A stretch of 64,000 nucleotides of DNA from Hormiphora californensis (Eukaryota; Animalia; Ctenophora). A program made the translations under genes and the position numbers. This document shows, piece after piece, positions 11,871 through 25,349 of this stretch. Under the pieces are notes generated by a model, which saw only the letters and a list, made by a program, of their open reading frames with translations, was not told where the DNA came from and did no database searches. Positions within the stretch are counted from its first letter, which is position 1. Every line of letters starts with the position of its first letter. The stretch covers positions 6,076,001 through 6,140,000 of the forward strand of contig CM035352.1 of the NCBI GenBank assembly GCA_020137815.1. Reading direction: 5' to 3'.

Positions 11871-13002
11871 ATACATGGCCAGTGGAGGAGGCGTCCTCCC
11901 GTTATAAAAAGAGAGCTATTGTATTTCCTAGCTCACTTGTTACTCGTGGGCCTTCCCTTCGTGTATCATGCATCTGCTTACTTCTCTTTCGTACGAAGGC
12001 TTCAAATGTTCGCATCCCTCCATCAGCCGGTAATGTTATGTTTTATAATTTAACCGTTCAATCGTTCATACAGAGCCTGTAATTCCTGGTTAATCAGCAA
12101 GTTATACAACTGTCAGACAACTCACTGGAGATACACTTTTCAGGACCGGTTGGTGGAGGGGGGATACTGTAAACTAAACTCTGTGCCGCTAGATGATTTG
12201 AACCCTGGCACAAAAACCTTCAACTAGAAGATGATCCCCGAGCACCACTGTATCAGACACGTGGATGTTCAGCAACTCTACACTCTCCCACCCATGGTGA
12301 TGACACCCTGTACAAGCAGGCACGCCATCCGCGCATTGTGACGCGGCTAGTGTTTCAGGATCGTTACCATGGGACCCCCACACGGAGTCAACTCAGCAAG
12401 ATGCCTCCTCGTCGGCGACTCCGGAAACCCCGCAACAGTGTCCATACCAGCTGAAATTGATGGAATTGAGTCCAAAAACACTCACAGGACAATTATTGCT
12501 GTTTGGGGGCTAAATCTTGCACTTAAAAAGTAAATATATTTTATCTTTGTATTGAAATGAGACACTTGAAATAACTTTCAAACTTTAAAAAAAGGGTTTT
12601 CGTCAAATTAATAAAACATTTACGCAGTTTGATCTGGATAATTGAAACAATCACGGTGCTGATCACATAGCATTTCACCCACGGTCCTTTCGAAGGCTTG
12701 GAATCCTCCTGCTTGATCGAATGGTGTAACTTGAGTTGTTGGGTAAACTTAAGCACAATTTCTACACGAACTTCCTACACACTTAACATTATGGGTTATC
12801 AATAAATTATCCAAGATATCATGGTTTATTGACAACTAAACCACATATAATACATTATATCTCTAGAATGCTCACTTCATAGGTAAGAGATTGGCGGAGA
12901 GTTTTCAACTTTCAACACACGTTACACAATCAAACATAGAAACACATTGTGGTGTATGGTGGTGGCAGGTGGTGTCCTACTAGCTACCATGAGAGGTGTA
13001 GC

Positions 13003-13329
13003 TCAATCTACCTTCTTGTCCCGTATCTCTACCTGATACTGCTCAACTGCCTTCTCGATAACCCCCGACACAAACTCCTGGACCTCATCCGGACACTCCC
13101 TCTTATTACCCATTGCGAGATACGCTGATATCGTATCACTATCCACATACTTCTCAATCTTTGATCTGATGAAGGCCTTCGTTGGCTCTTTCAGCTTCTC
13201 CCAAAAGTCGAGAATAATGAACATTATTAACAGGTAGATGAGGTAGGAGATGGTGAGGGTCGCAAACCGACCGAGGAACTCCCATAACCCACCATCTTCA
13301 GGATTAGCCACTGTAGGATCTGGGTCCAT
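13003..13329 (-). CDS. Possible 108-aa single-pass membrane protein
   Basis: From the ATG at 13329 it reads MDPDPTVANPEDGGLWEFLGRFATLTISYLIYLLIMFIILDFW, followed by a charged helical tail. No family recognised. Confidence 0.4.
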   Translation of the reverse strand: MDPDPTVANPEDGGLWEFLGRFATLTISYLIYLLIMFIILDFWEKLKEPTKAFIRSKIEKYVDSDTISAYLAMGNKRECPDEVQEFVSGVIEKAVEQYQVEIRDKKVD

Positions 13330-13444
13330 GTGGTATCTAAACAATGGTGGGAGTTTTAGCAAAGAAAATAAAATGTAAATGGCGAATGATATTAATGTCA
13401 GTAATTGTGCTCCGTCACTGTATGGCGGCGCCATACCCCATTTG

Positions 13445-13695
13445 ATTGACAGTGCACTCACAGTGGTCATCCGACATAATTGCCATACCTCGACGTGAAA
13501 TTCGACCTGAATCTCGACCTGGAATGAGGCGTGCATTCGTAGTGAGCGAGACACAAAGACTAACGAGAGAGAAGAGTTGAAGCGCGACACCATTTGCTTA
13601 CTGCGGCACATCTCTCTGATGCGCGCCTCATTCCAGGTCGAGATTCAGGTCGAATTTCACGTCGGGATATGTCGGATGACCACTGTCAGATGGGT
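13445..13695. repeat. Imperfect inverted repeat / MITE
   Basis: CAGTGGTCATCCGACATA...TCGACCTGGAATGAGGCG is inverted as CGCCTCATTCCAGGTCGA...TATGTCGGATGACCACTG. Confidence 0.65.
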
Positions 13696-14063
13696 CGCGG
13701 CGCCAGACAGCTCCGACTACTCAGTACTCATATTCAGATTTACACCTCCCTTTTAAAAAACCGGAAAGTTTTATTCAATTACACATTCGTAGAATAATTT
13801 TGGTAATAACTGTACTGTGCTTGTAGTGTAGTAGCTTGTAGTGGGAAAGCGGTAATTAAAAACCGTTTTGGTCTGAACTACTTGCAAGTGTGGCCAATCA
13901 ACGTGCTGAAAGTGAATCAATGCCATTTAAGCACTCGGGCGTCTGCGTCTTCTTACCGTATTCCAAATACGGTATCTCCACTACAAGCGGCACTGTAACA
14001 ACATTAAAATACTAATTTCACGAAATTCTGACTACCTGAACGAAAGGTTTGAAATATGCAAGG

Positions 14064-14387
14064 GGGGGGGGGGGGTGACACGTAACACTTTGTAACACTT
14101 TGTAACATGTAACGTGCACAAAATATTTTCTGCACATGTTACAAAGTGTTACAAGTGTTACAAAGTGTTACAAAATGTTGCAAAGTGTTGCAAAGTGTTA
14201 CAAAAAGTGCCCATTTTGTAACATTTTGTAACACTTTGTAACATTTTGTAACACTTTGTAACATTTTGTAACACTTTGTAACACTTTGTAACACTTTGTA
14301 ACACTTTGTAACATGTAACGTGCACAAAAAGTTTTCTGCACATGTTACAAAGTGTTACAAAGTGTTACGTGTCACCCCCCCCCCCCC
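14064..14387. mobile_element. Mutator/Foldback-like MITE with internal 10-bp tandem repeats
   Basis: Termini are a G run plus TGACACGTAACAC and GTGTTACGTGTCA plus a C run. Flanking direct repeat TATGCAAGG at 14055-14063 and 14388-14396. Body consists of (TGTAACACTT)n in both orientations. Confidence 0.7.
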
Positions 14388-15483
14388 TATGCAAGGAACG
14401 GCTCTATAAATGGCTATCAGCTAGAATATATAGATGGACAGTGGCTATCATGGTAACTGAAATTGATAGACAGAGAACCTCCCTGTCACCTTATATCAAA
14501 TTGATCGCCATAGAGATGAGAGAAATAGTATATATGTTTCGAGAAGAGAATGAAAAAGACTCCGCGTGATGAAATGAGATATTAATGGGAAATTAGACGG
14601 AAGAGAATGTCAAAAAGAAATGTGTGCTTCAAAACTGTGAATAGAAAGACTCTTTCAGAAAGAGCATACCATATGGTTGAGCTATAAAGGGAGAGAGGAG
14701 ACATGTCGACTATCCATGGAATGAGAAAGATCACTCTTAATTTAAAAGTACAATAAAGACAGAGCGCAGTACAGTAAAGACCTCTGCATCCATATGCACA
14801 GTACAATAAAGACCCGACCTTTTTATTGCATCAATGCAATTTGCTCATGCTCACCACGAATATTATATGTGTGATATTTAGACTGAGAGATCTGTGAGAC
14901 AGCTGTCAATTATTTATTAACAGAACACGTGACGGTCTGTGTACTGCAAGCTGGTAATAAAAGTAAATCATTCACACAGAAGCTGTGTTCTCTTGCTCTC
15001 ATCCCGTGGGCACTTCGCACCCTCTGTCTTTGCGAATTGTCCTGGGCTGGAATTTTTAATTCGAACTGAAAATGGGCAAATTTTCAGGTCGAGTTCTTAC
15101 GATTTGTTGAGTGGTCACTGGTCGAAGTGGTCACTCAACAACCGACGACCAATTTTGTTGTTTTTTTCAAACCATTTTTATTTTTCAAAAAAGGCCCCGC
15201 TCTACGTGTCAAGCCGCGGGTCGAACAAGGCAAACCAAATGAGTGAAAAAAGGGACGTATGTTTAGTGTTTACTATTAAAAGGTTGCTCATTGACGTAGC
15301 GATTTCACGACGTTATAACGTCATTTATAATGACGTAATATCATCAGCGTGTCTAGATGAAGATGCTGACCAAAAAAAGAGAGATACCCCTAACTGAACA
15401 AAAAGAGTCTCAACCGCACCGGAAACCCTAATCTTGTAATCTTGTAATGTTCTTCGTACAGATGCTGTACAGGTGTCAGTTCC

Positions 15484-18400
15484 TCACAGAGCCTCCCCCT
15501 CCCTGGATACCAGTGGTATCCAGTCCAGAATTGAGTTGTTATTCTGTCTGGTATATCCAGGCACCGGTGGACGATCCGGCATCCTCTTCAACCATTTCCC
15601 AAGAAGTATTTTGAACCCAGCTAGGTCTTTTGCTGAATTCACATCACTTGGGAGGGTATTCCACAGTCGGGTCGCTCTAGAAGCAAAGGAATTTTGAAAC
15701 TTCGTAGCTACCGATGATTGGGTGTTAGTAGGGCATGTTGGCACCTCCGCACGCTTTCCGAGACGATGATTCTGGTAGAAGCGGATTCCAATATTGTTAG
15801 GTGCTTCCCCATTAGCCATTTTCCAGACCATGATGATGTTGTATCTTTCTCGGCGTCTTTGGAGCGAGAGAATCCCCAATTGTTTAAGGCGATCCCAATA
15901 GTTGAGGTCTCTCATGCCTTGGATTCTTTTGGTGAATTGTCTTTGTACTGTCTCGACTGCTTGAATATCAGATATTTTTGGAGAGTCCCAGAGGGGGCAA
16001 CAGTACTCAAGTTTGCTACGCACGATGGTTTTGTAGAGAATTAGCATGGTTCTTTTTGCTCTGGTCTTAAAGGCACGTAGAACCCACGCACTTATTCTTC
16101 TGGCGTCTGTGGTCATCTTTGCGATTTGGATTTCCCAGGTGAGGTTGTTTGATAGTTGTATCCCCCCAGTGCGAACATTGTACGAATTCGCGAATTTAGT
16201 TCGTTGCAAATTTTACCAAAAAGAAACACAAAAATTGCATTTCTTCATCTGTCCAGCAGGCCAGGGGGCCACATGGGCACCTAGCACTTGGTGGACCGTC
16301 TTGGACTAACCGGGGTAGAGCCCATGTATGGGGGTTACCATCCATAATGTCACACGGTACACGCGTAGTTATATAGCTCAAGTTAATACCAGGACACTTT
16401 TTTGTAATTCCAGAATAGAAACTTTCCTTGTGTTTCAGTTGACGCGCACGCATATTCAACTATTTATGATTACTAATGAAGCCCAATATACCCAGCAAGG
16501 ACATGAACGGGCTATATTAATTGAGTACTTGGTATTATGAAGTATGAAATTTTACACAAACATTCTCTTGAGAGAGAATTCTTCTTTATTCGTAGCACAT
16601 GATAGTTCAAACTCGGTTGCAACAGAATTCTTCTCCCCCTGAACTCCACTCAATTCTATTTCTGCAACAAGTTGCTATAGCAACTTGTTGCCATATATGG
16701 TTACTACGTCAAATCGTGAACTGTGTACACACAGTAGTATAAATTTATGTGAATTGTCAGTTTTACAATCCCTCCGTGGTCGCACGGTCTAACGATATGA
16801 CACAAATTCGAGCACCCGACTTCATCATGGGTTCGAATCTCTGCTGTGTCAACAACTTTTTTCATAAATTTATATATTTTTGTTTCGTTTTCTAACTTTC
16901 TTGATCTTGTGCGACAGAACTGTAACAAGTAATAATTGAAACGTTAATTGGACAATAAAACGAACCCCTCTAAATGGTAATTTTGACAAAAAATCGTTGA
17001 CGCATAAATTTGACGAAAAATTCAGATTCGTTGCAGATTTTTACAATGTTCGCACTGGGTGTATCCCTAGGTCTCTTACACACTCTTTAGGTTCAATTAT
17101 TAGCCCATCGGGTGTGTAGTAGGTGTTGAGGTCAGAGACAAAGGGTAGTTGCTTCAGGAGGAGAGTGTTATTGAGCGTGTAATGTAACACTTCAAATTTG
17201 TCTTCATTGAGGCTCATGTTGTTCAACCTTGACCATCTGCCGACTTCGATCAGGTCTGTCTGAAGCTGGGTGTGTGATTTCTCGCATTCTATTCCTTTGA
17301 TAAGCTTTGTGTCATCTGCCAGGGTTTTTGTTGTTGAGTGTAAAATGGCTGAGTTTAGGTCCGCCACGTATAGAATAAAAAGCGGTGGTCCAAGGACTGT
17401 GCCCTGTGGTACTCCACTTCGTACCTTTTCCCACGATGACTTTTGCCCGTCCACTAAGACAGTTTGGTATCTGTTGGTGAGGAAGCATCGTATCCAGCCG
17501 AGTGCTTTCCCACGAATTCCATACTTTTCCAGTTTGGCTAGTAGGATGTTGGTGTCCACCTTATCAAATGCTTTAGCATAATCGACATATATGACGTCCA
17601 CTTCATTTCCTTGACGGAGTTCCTTGAGTATAGAGTCAACGTGCTCCAATAGCTGAGTAAGACAGCTCCGCTTCTTACGGAAACCGTGCTGGGATTCTGG
17701 GAAGATATTGTTTTCTTCAAGGAAATCTACTAGATGGTTTCGCATTACTCGTTCAAATGTCTTGATGATGTTAGAAGTCAAAGACACTGGTCGGTAGTTT
17801 GCCGGGTTGGTTTTGTCCCCTTTTTTGAATATAGGGACGATGTATTGGTTCTTCAGTGATGGGGGGATGGCTTCACTGTCCATTGATCTTCTCCAAAGGA
17901 GCCATAGAGGGTACGCTAGTTGCGCTCTGCATTCGAACAGTATTCTTGCAGGGATGTCTCCGTCGGGAGCTGATCCATATGGGTCAATTTCCTTCAGTGC
18001 AGTTTCTATATCGCTTGTGGTGAAGTCAAAATCGTCAAGAGTAGCAGATGGTTCCGATTTAATCCACGTTAAGCTTGCATGAACATCAACTGCAGCAGGG
18101 TCACTGAACACTCGAACATATTGGTTCTGCAGTAATTGGGCCTTTTCTACGCGGTCCGATGTTAGACTACCATCTTGCCTTCTTAGTGGGGCAACAGTTG
18201 ATGCTGTCTTCGACTTTTTCTTGGCGTAAGTGTAGAAGAACTTTGGGTTATCTTTGATGGTATCCACGGCTTTTTCTTCTTCCCGATCCAAGCTCTGCAG
18301 TATTTCCTCTTTCATATCTTCATCTACTGTGATCAGTTGGTTACGCAGCCGGCTTTCCTCTTGGGGGTCAAGGTCCTTTTGAAGCCTTAACTTTATTTTC

Positions 18401-19542
18401 CTAGCCTTTCTTTTGAATGGTTCGGAGATCTTGGATGGCTTGCGTTGCTGACACTCTTTCTTCAGGGGGAGTGTTTCTTCTGCAATTTCGTAAACAACCC
18501 TTACTATACCTTTCAGGAACTGTTCTTCATTGTTGTCTCCGTTTTGGTTACAGTAATCGTGAAGCTTATCCCAGTCCATGTCGCAAAGTCTTGTCTTCAT
18601 GGGAAGGTAGTCCACGTTATGGACTTTAAATTTCCTGAAGGGGTCATTTTCTATCTTTTTCTCGGACTTCGTTTCCATTGGGTTGTAAGTCAGGGTGCAC
18701 TCTACTGCTTTGTGGTCTGACAGCCTGCTCTCTGTGGTTTCCACATTCGCAAAATAGTCAGGGGTGTTAGTGAGGACCAGGTCGAGAATATTGTTTCCTC
18801 TTGTGGGGGACAGAACCAGTTGCTCAAGGAAGTTTTCATCGATGAGCTCAAGGGTTCGGTGGTACGGACTTGCTTTGGCGGAGTTTCTGTCTGGGTGGCT
18901 GGTACACACCCAGTTCATGTGCGGAAGATTGAAATCTCCCATGAGGATTATCTCTGGAACCACTCCGTTTTCCTTAGACACAAAGTTGATCTCCTCCTGT
19001 AGTTTGGTTAGTGCGTTTGTATAAGAGGAGTCTTCAGTATCTGGTGGTCGATAGACACAGGCCAGAAATAGGTTTTGTTCTTCTGAGAAAGCTGTAACCA
19101 GGCTTGTTTGCCTATCACTCCAAGACAGCTGTCTGGTTATTGGTATTTCTGTGTTGACGTAGAGAAGGCATCCTCCTCCGATCTTGCACTCTCTATCAGC
19201 TCTTAAAACGTTATAACCTGGTACAGTTATCTGGGCGTCCGAGATATAGCTTTTTAGCCAGGTCTCTGTTATGCCTACAGCGAGGACTGGGGGTTGGTGT
19301 TGTTTTGGGGACATATACATCTCCTGGATGTAAGGGAGTTTCCACTTTGTTTCCCCACCCGCTGCAGGAGAAATGGATCTACAGTTTAGTAAAATGATCC
19401 TTGAGAGGGGTGAATAAATTGGTACATTGGTTGCTGCATCATTCCGCTTGGTAGGGGGGGTATGTCTGGGCTCATTTGCCCGTGATATTCCCCAAACATC
19501 GGTTTCATTGGGGGGTTCATTTCGTGCTTGTTCACTGTCCAC
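15484..19542 (-). pseudogene. LINE ORF2 (AP endonuclease plus reverse transcriptase), split by the insertion at 16165-17059
   Basis: APE motifs GITETWL, GDFNLP, LDLVL and SDH. RT motifs NYRPVSL, QHGFRK, DYAKAFD, GVPQGTVLGP and LADD. The C-terminal part (RSKLEYCCPLW, LSLQRRRER) resumes at DLG|IQLS. Confidence 0.93.
16165..17059. mobile_element. 895-bp non-autonomous TIR DNA transposon with an 8-bp TSD (superfamily unassigned)
   Basis: TIR CCCAGTGCGAACATTGTA / TACAATGTTCGCACTGGG. TSD TGTATCCC at 16157-16164 and 17060-17067. Confidence 0.9.
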
Positions 19543-20111
19543 ATCAGGTGGTTTAGTTGTCTGGCCTGGGCAGAAAATCCTTCCTTTACTTCTCTGACCA
19601 GGTCTTTCAGAAAATCCGCCGTTATGGCTGATTCCCGGGCTCTTATCGGCTCCTGGTTCTCAGCAACACCTGAGTACGATTTGGCTGTGGATTGCTCTGG
19701 TATGGTCTTTACCTCGGTGGCGGTTGATGCTGATTCGGTACTGTTTTTCGTAGCAGACGGTTGGGGTCCAAATCGTGTTCCCACTGTGTGAAAGAACTTG
19801 CAAGACTTTGGGTGTAGGCAAACTTTTTCTTCTGACAGTGATCCTCTGCAGATTTGTGGGTGAAGAAACTCACATTTGTAGCCTTTGTCGCAGCCGTTTT
19901 TCCCAAAGCCTCCAGTCCTGAGTTTTTTGCAGATCTTAGGGTGCTTTCCTTCACAAACTTTGCCACCACGCCTAATTTTTCCATTGATCCCGTGTTTGCA
20001 CCTACCATATTGCATAAAGTAGCGACAGTTCTCTCCATCTCCACTTACGCTGTCCTTGGCTTGGTTTTTAGCAGGGGTAGAAGACACGATGTCTTTGTTT
20101 GTAGGGCTCAT
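19386..20111 (-). CDS. LINE ORF1 with tandem CCCH zinc fingers
   Basis: CRYFMQYGRCKHG..CEGKHPKIC, CDKGYKCEFLHPQIC, CLHPKSCKFFH. Overlaps the start of ORF2. Confidence 0.8.
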   Translation of the reverse strand: MSPTNKDIVSSTPAKNQAKDSVSGDGENCRYFMQYGRCKHGINGKIRRGGKVCEGKHPKICKKLRTGGFGKNGCDKGYKCEFLHPQICRGSLSEEKVCLHPKSCKFFHTVGTRFGPQPSATKNSTESASTATEVKTIPEQSTAKSYSGVAENQEPIRARESAITADFLKDLVREVKEGFSAQARQLNHLMWTVNKHEMNPPMKPMFGEYHGQMSPDIPPLPSGMMQQPMYQFIHPSQGSFY

Positions 20112-23100
20112 TGTAGTGTTGGGGGGCAGGGGTTTCCGTTCCTCTGTTCTGGGTCGGTGGGAATAAGCACATATTCTGCCGTCAACAATAGTGGTTCCTA
20201 AGGCCTAATTTACTCAACAAACCGCGACGTCGGCAAAATGTTTGTGATATTATATCAGCTTGACATGTATTACACCTAAATCCTAATATACACGCTATAT
20301 ACGATGCACATCAAAACAGAGGAAGAGACTGAGAGAGAGATTATGAGTAATAAAGGACAACATACTGCAGTATTATATACTGCCCAACAAAGTCGCGTAT
20401 GTATAGTCAAAGAAGAAAGCCGCAGAAATAAATCCCATGGTTTTATAAAACATATTGCATCAAGCTATCCAATTAGATCTGGTATAAGCTAACCAAGAGT
20501 GCGATGTGCCAAACAAAACAAGACGTGTGTATTACACGTGCCACAATACCAAGCCATACATGAATCACAAGATCTATACAATATTATGATGATGAGCTGT
20601 TTGTGTGTAATTACCAGAACAAAAACTGAACTAATTTTTATTGTACCGTGGCTATAAATATTGAGTTGCGTGTGTGAAATTCGTGCTGTTGTGCCATACA
20701 CACATGAGTTCATCAATTAACCAGCACATGTAGTTGGCTCAATGCCATTCCATACGGTAATATGGTTGCTAAAAAAGGGAAGTGTGTATTGTAATTGTAA
20801 ATGAGTATGGATATTTTTAAACCATAATTAATTCTTGCTCATGCATGATTATATGTGTATCAAGCATGTATCTGTATGCAGGCTAGTTAAACTATATAAC
20901 CCTAAACAGAAGAAACGAATTAGTTATTACTCACCACAAAGATATTAATACGATTACCAATTTGTAAAATTCCTAACATCGAAAACTTTGGAAACACTAA
21001 TCAAGTACCAAATATACAATATTAAAAATGTCTTTGTTTGAAGGAGAAAACAGCATTACGCATTAAGAGAAAGATGCACCTGGGGTTACACAAGCTGTTT
21101 GAAGAAGCTGCAGCAGCGGCCGTAGTATAGTACTTGGTGAATCGTGTGTAGTAAAGCTCTGCCTGCCTACATTCAAAGAAGTTGTTCGTTAATGACGTGT
21201 AAAATAATACCATTGTTGCTTCTGACTGGCTCCCACCAGTGGATAGAACAATGACGTTTCAAAATACAGCTCTACATTGTACACACTGTGTACTACAGCT
21301 GCACTGTACAGTGTACACTCACTACACACTATATTTTGTTGTTATGTTCTAACCTTGGCCCTTGCCTAGCCCTCCCGGTAGAGCGCAGTATATTTTCAGT
21401 ACTCATCACACGCACGTGAGTCACCACAATGCAGTACATGGAATAGGTCGGCATACAAATAACCCAGACTGTGTTTCGCGGGCGGGGTGAGCTAAACCGA
21501 GCCTAGCTAGGCAAGTATTGTGGATGGTGGATGGCATATTATTCAGTATATATTGAGATCTGGGGGATATATTATTATAATAGTGGGTATGTTTCGAATA
21601 TTCCCCGAATATTCAGTGTGTGACAAAAACAGCCACATTATAGTGGAACAAATAAAGGTGGAGCGGGTCAGGTCGGATTGACGATCTCATGAGTCATGAT
21701 ATTTTACCACATGGATTATGGAAGTAAGAACACACTTGATTCTACCCATTCTATTAAATGTATTACAGTTGGACCCCGATTTACCCCAGTAAATCGGGGC
21801 CTGACTGTATAGGGCCGGGATACATCAGGGCACTGTATGAATAACATAATAGTGTATAGAGGAGACGTGTGTTCAAGCCAAAAAGCAATCTCATGCAGCA
21901 AGGGAGAGAAATGAATGCTCCAGGGTAACATAGTGTAGACCCTTTTGTTCTCTCTTTCTAAATACTGCTCTTGAAAGCTTTTAGCCCTTTCTCATATACA
22001 TATTCTACCCTGAACCGCATATGTCTCTTCCCGGCCCTTTTTGCTTTATATATTTCTCTCTTTCCCCAATCCCCAACCCTCTCCATATTTTATCCCCTCT
22101 CCTTGATCCATCCACTCTATTTCAACACAGTGCAGTTTTCTCGGAAATGACGCCCCCTTTCTTTCAGGATAGGTGAGCTGACACACACTGGTGCACGTTG
22201 AATGCAGCTGGCATTATATTAAGGGACCAACTTACAAAAGAGTGGCAGGGTATTATATTAACCATTTAAGCACTCGGGTATGTTTGTATCAAACTACCAC
22301 GGTCGCTTGTAGTGGGAAAACGGTAATGGAAAACGGAGATACAGTAAGACGACGCGCAACTGTGACCAATCAGGCCAATCATAATGTTTAAAAAACCACA
22401 TTATTTTCTTACGTCAAACAATCACGTGTGTGTAGGTGGATCAAACCACTTAAATAAGTAGAGCTTATTATCATGCATAGTTAAATCTGAATATTATGTG
22501 TCGACACTCGACATGAACTGCCGAAAAATCTCGAATGCTATATTGCTATACCTACTAACGTTGTCGAGCAATGCAAATGGAAGTCCCCGGGCGGGGAAAA
22601 ATCCTAAAATGGGATCTGATCACTTAAGATTGGTTTAAGTTCTAACAAGACATATTCAGATCGAGTTGAGTTTATTAGACCCCGCCTTCATCAGGAACCC
22701 AGATATATTATATGTGATAAAATAATCTGAAAAGATCTAGTAGTACAGCTTTTTTCAACAAATGTCTCATCTCGTAGGAACACTTGCTGTACGATCTGTT
22801 TGGCGGCTCCGAAAGTCAAAACAATCTCTCATATTGAGTCAAACGAGGCGGTGCATGAAAGTTGCCAAGGAACACGTCTTGTAAGTTTTAACGAAGGATC
22901 ATAATCAAATAAAAATACTCACTAAAACTTATTGTTTTGCATGCACTAGCACTGTATAATTCTGTTCATTCCATATTAATCAGAAAAACAGTAAACACGG
23001 TGAGTTATAAATGGGGCTGTGGCATTGCCACCACAAAATAATGTATTTCGAATGGCTCATTCCCCAAATACAGTAAGCATTCTCAATAAATATTTAATAA

Positions 23101-25349
23101 TGCATTTTCTGTCCTTCAATAACTTTCATCCGCTATATTCTATTAGCTTGGATATAATACGCTTAGTATTAGTTGACAAGATATACATACCTAAAACTTT
23201 TCGTCTATCGTATTTTTTCCCCGCCCGGGTGAAGGCCGAAAGCCTTCATCAGGATGCCTTTTGCAAAAAGGCATAGGGGTTTAGAAATCTAAACGGATAT
23301 AGTGACTATGTGTAGCAAGTCAGCTCTCTTGTCCCGTTTCAGGTTGCGAGCGGCAACATGTAGCAACTAGAGCCGTGCACACAACAACCTGCTCCTTCAT
23401 AAACCACTTCATTGAAACGTTTTCAGGAAATATGTAGCATGCAATTCCGCAATTTGGCGTGCAATTTAGTGAAACTAAAACACAAGGATTTGTTTTATAC
23501 TGTTTGCGTGATCTATAAATCATCCGATTTGTCTGTCCCGCCTTGATGTTAGGAATGAAAGGTTGGCGGGGAAACATAGCATTATGAAATTGAAACATAA
23601 TGCATTTATTCTTGTTTTCGATTTGATTTTAAGCATTTTTTCAGAATTTTTTATCGTCTAGAAATATGTGCAAAATAGCGGTGTAGGGGTATACTGATAA
23701 ATGAGTGGTGCAATATAAAAATTGATACTGTAATATCTCCGGTTCCTTATGAGATACAAAAACCGTTTTGGTAGCATTGGAGACGCAGTGAGTGTGTCCA
23801 GTAATCCCAGTGCTGACAATATCAGTCACGTGCATGTGCATTGTGCCTTCTATGTGGTGAAACTTAATGTGTAGAACAATCTTTCGGGCAGACTGTTCAG
23901 GCTCTCCTTTCGAGCCCCCGTAATCCCCGGAGCCGTGTATCAGAATTTGGTGGCATTGACACCTGAGTGAGATCAAGGTCGTGCAGCGACCGAGATCGAT
24001 CTCACATACAGGTGTCTGCTCCGTTATTGATTTTAGAATATTTTCAAAAACCCGACTGCAAGGGACTACTGAATCGATTTGCATCTCGTTTGTTGCTCCT
24101 GGCAGATAATTGTCTCTAGTTTTACGGAAAATACCTGCGAGTATCAGCATTTGAGGAATAGTGGATCAAAATTGACGCTAAACATTTAAGCAATTCTTTG
24201 AAAACCTGGCTGCAAGCTCCTACTCGGTCCTGGGACAATCTGCGGGTCCTGGGTGAATTGTCATGGCCTTGTGAATATGGGAAAATACCCGCCGATTCAT
24301 CACGATGCGAAATGAGGCGATAATTGACGTCAGCTAAAAAGGCCTCCTAAAACGATCTGTCTCGGGCGATTTGTGTTGTCACTGCTGACAAACGAGCTTT
24401 ACATGCGCGCACACGTGAGTTCTTGCTCTCAACGGAGCGGGATCTTATTATTCGCGGAGGTTACAATGGATCCAATATCAGAATCATATGAAGCAGCTCA
24501 TTTCCCCCATTTTTTCAACGTCTCGACTGCATCACGAAGTGTGATATGCATGAGATCTCAAGCCCTCCATGAGATCCATGAGATCCATCCATGAGATATA
24601 TTCTTTTGACCACCAGTGATGAACATCTAGTGAAACTATACAGGCACTATGCTGCCGTGTTAAACCATGTGTGAACTATTATGTTGCTAGGCAGCCGTTC
24701 ATGTGAAGCAGATCTGCAAAAATCAGGCGGCTGAACGTTAAACAAACGTTAAACAAGGCAACTACCGCACTGCAATTCTAACGAATGAAGTGAAATATTA
24801 GGTGAGTAGATAACTACTTTCGAGACCAGCTCGACTCCTTCACGATCTTCCTTCCTCACTCGCACTAGTTGGTGTCACAAAGTTGGTGACCAAGCACTGT
24901 CTGGCACCACGACCCCATCTGAAAATCAAATGGGGTATGGTGCCGCCATACAGACCAAGCATGGCCAACGAGGCCCGCGAAGCGGGCTGAATTTATAACA
25001 TTATAATTACTCTCCATTCATAATTTCCGGCCTGGTACTTTCCGTTCATGAGAGAGAAAATGAACCTGATGACGAAATAGAAGAGATTATATTAGGGTGA
25101 TTCATAATGATTTTCAATCGCTCTTTCTGAGACACTGGTGACCAAAAATTTTTACAGGATCAGCGATTAGTTTGGACAATTTTGGAACCCATCAACCATG
25201 TTTGAAGATCAGGATGGTTTTACGTAACCGGTGACAGACAAGTCAGGCTTTTTTGCGGTCTACGTGCACTAGGGCTAGAATAACCTATTTTGGGGATATT
25301 TGAGGAAAATCAAGTTCATCCGATTTTCACCCTTGATTTTGTGGGCTAT

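Larger units (their letters stand above)
15430..20200 (-). mobile_element. CR1-clade LINE, near full length, interrupted by a DNA transposon
   Basis: ORF1 plus APE-RT ORF2. Short 3' UTR with hairpin GTACAG-CAT-CTGTAC and an (ATTACAAG)n tail. The 5' boundary is approximate. Confidence 0.9.

Noticed and set aside
11495-12082. SLSL and ERER ORFs (likewise at 29133, 31458-31872 and 45218-45660)
   Set aside because: These are translations of simple repeats, several of them inside modelled introns.
12189-12452. GC-richer segment after a minus-strand acceptor-like site, possibly an exon
   Set aside because: All frames hit stops and no family was recognised.
17270-20201. Plus-strand ORFs overlapping the LINE, and antisense ORFs over Polinton genes such as 33536-34033
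   Set aside because: These are antisense shadows of real coding frames.
23641-24150. 169-aa minus-strand ORF, or a possible decayed hAT transposase on the plus strand
   Set aside because: No recognisable motifs in the ORF. The plus strand shows only a weak HVHC..LN resemblance amid stops.
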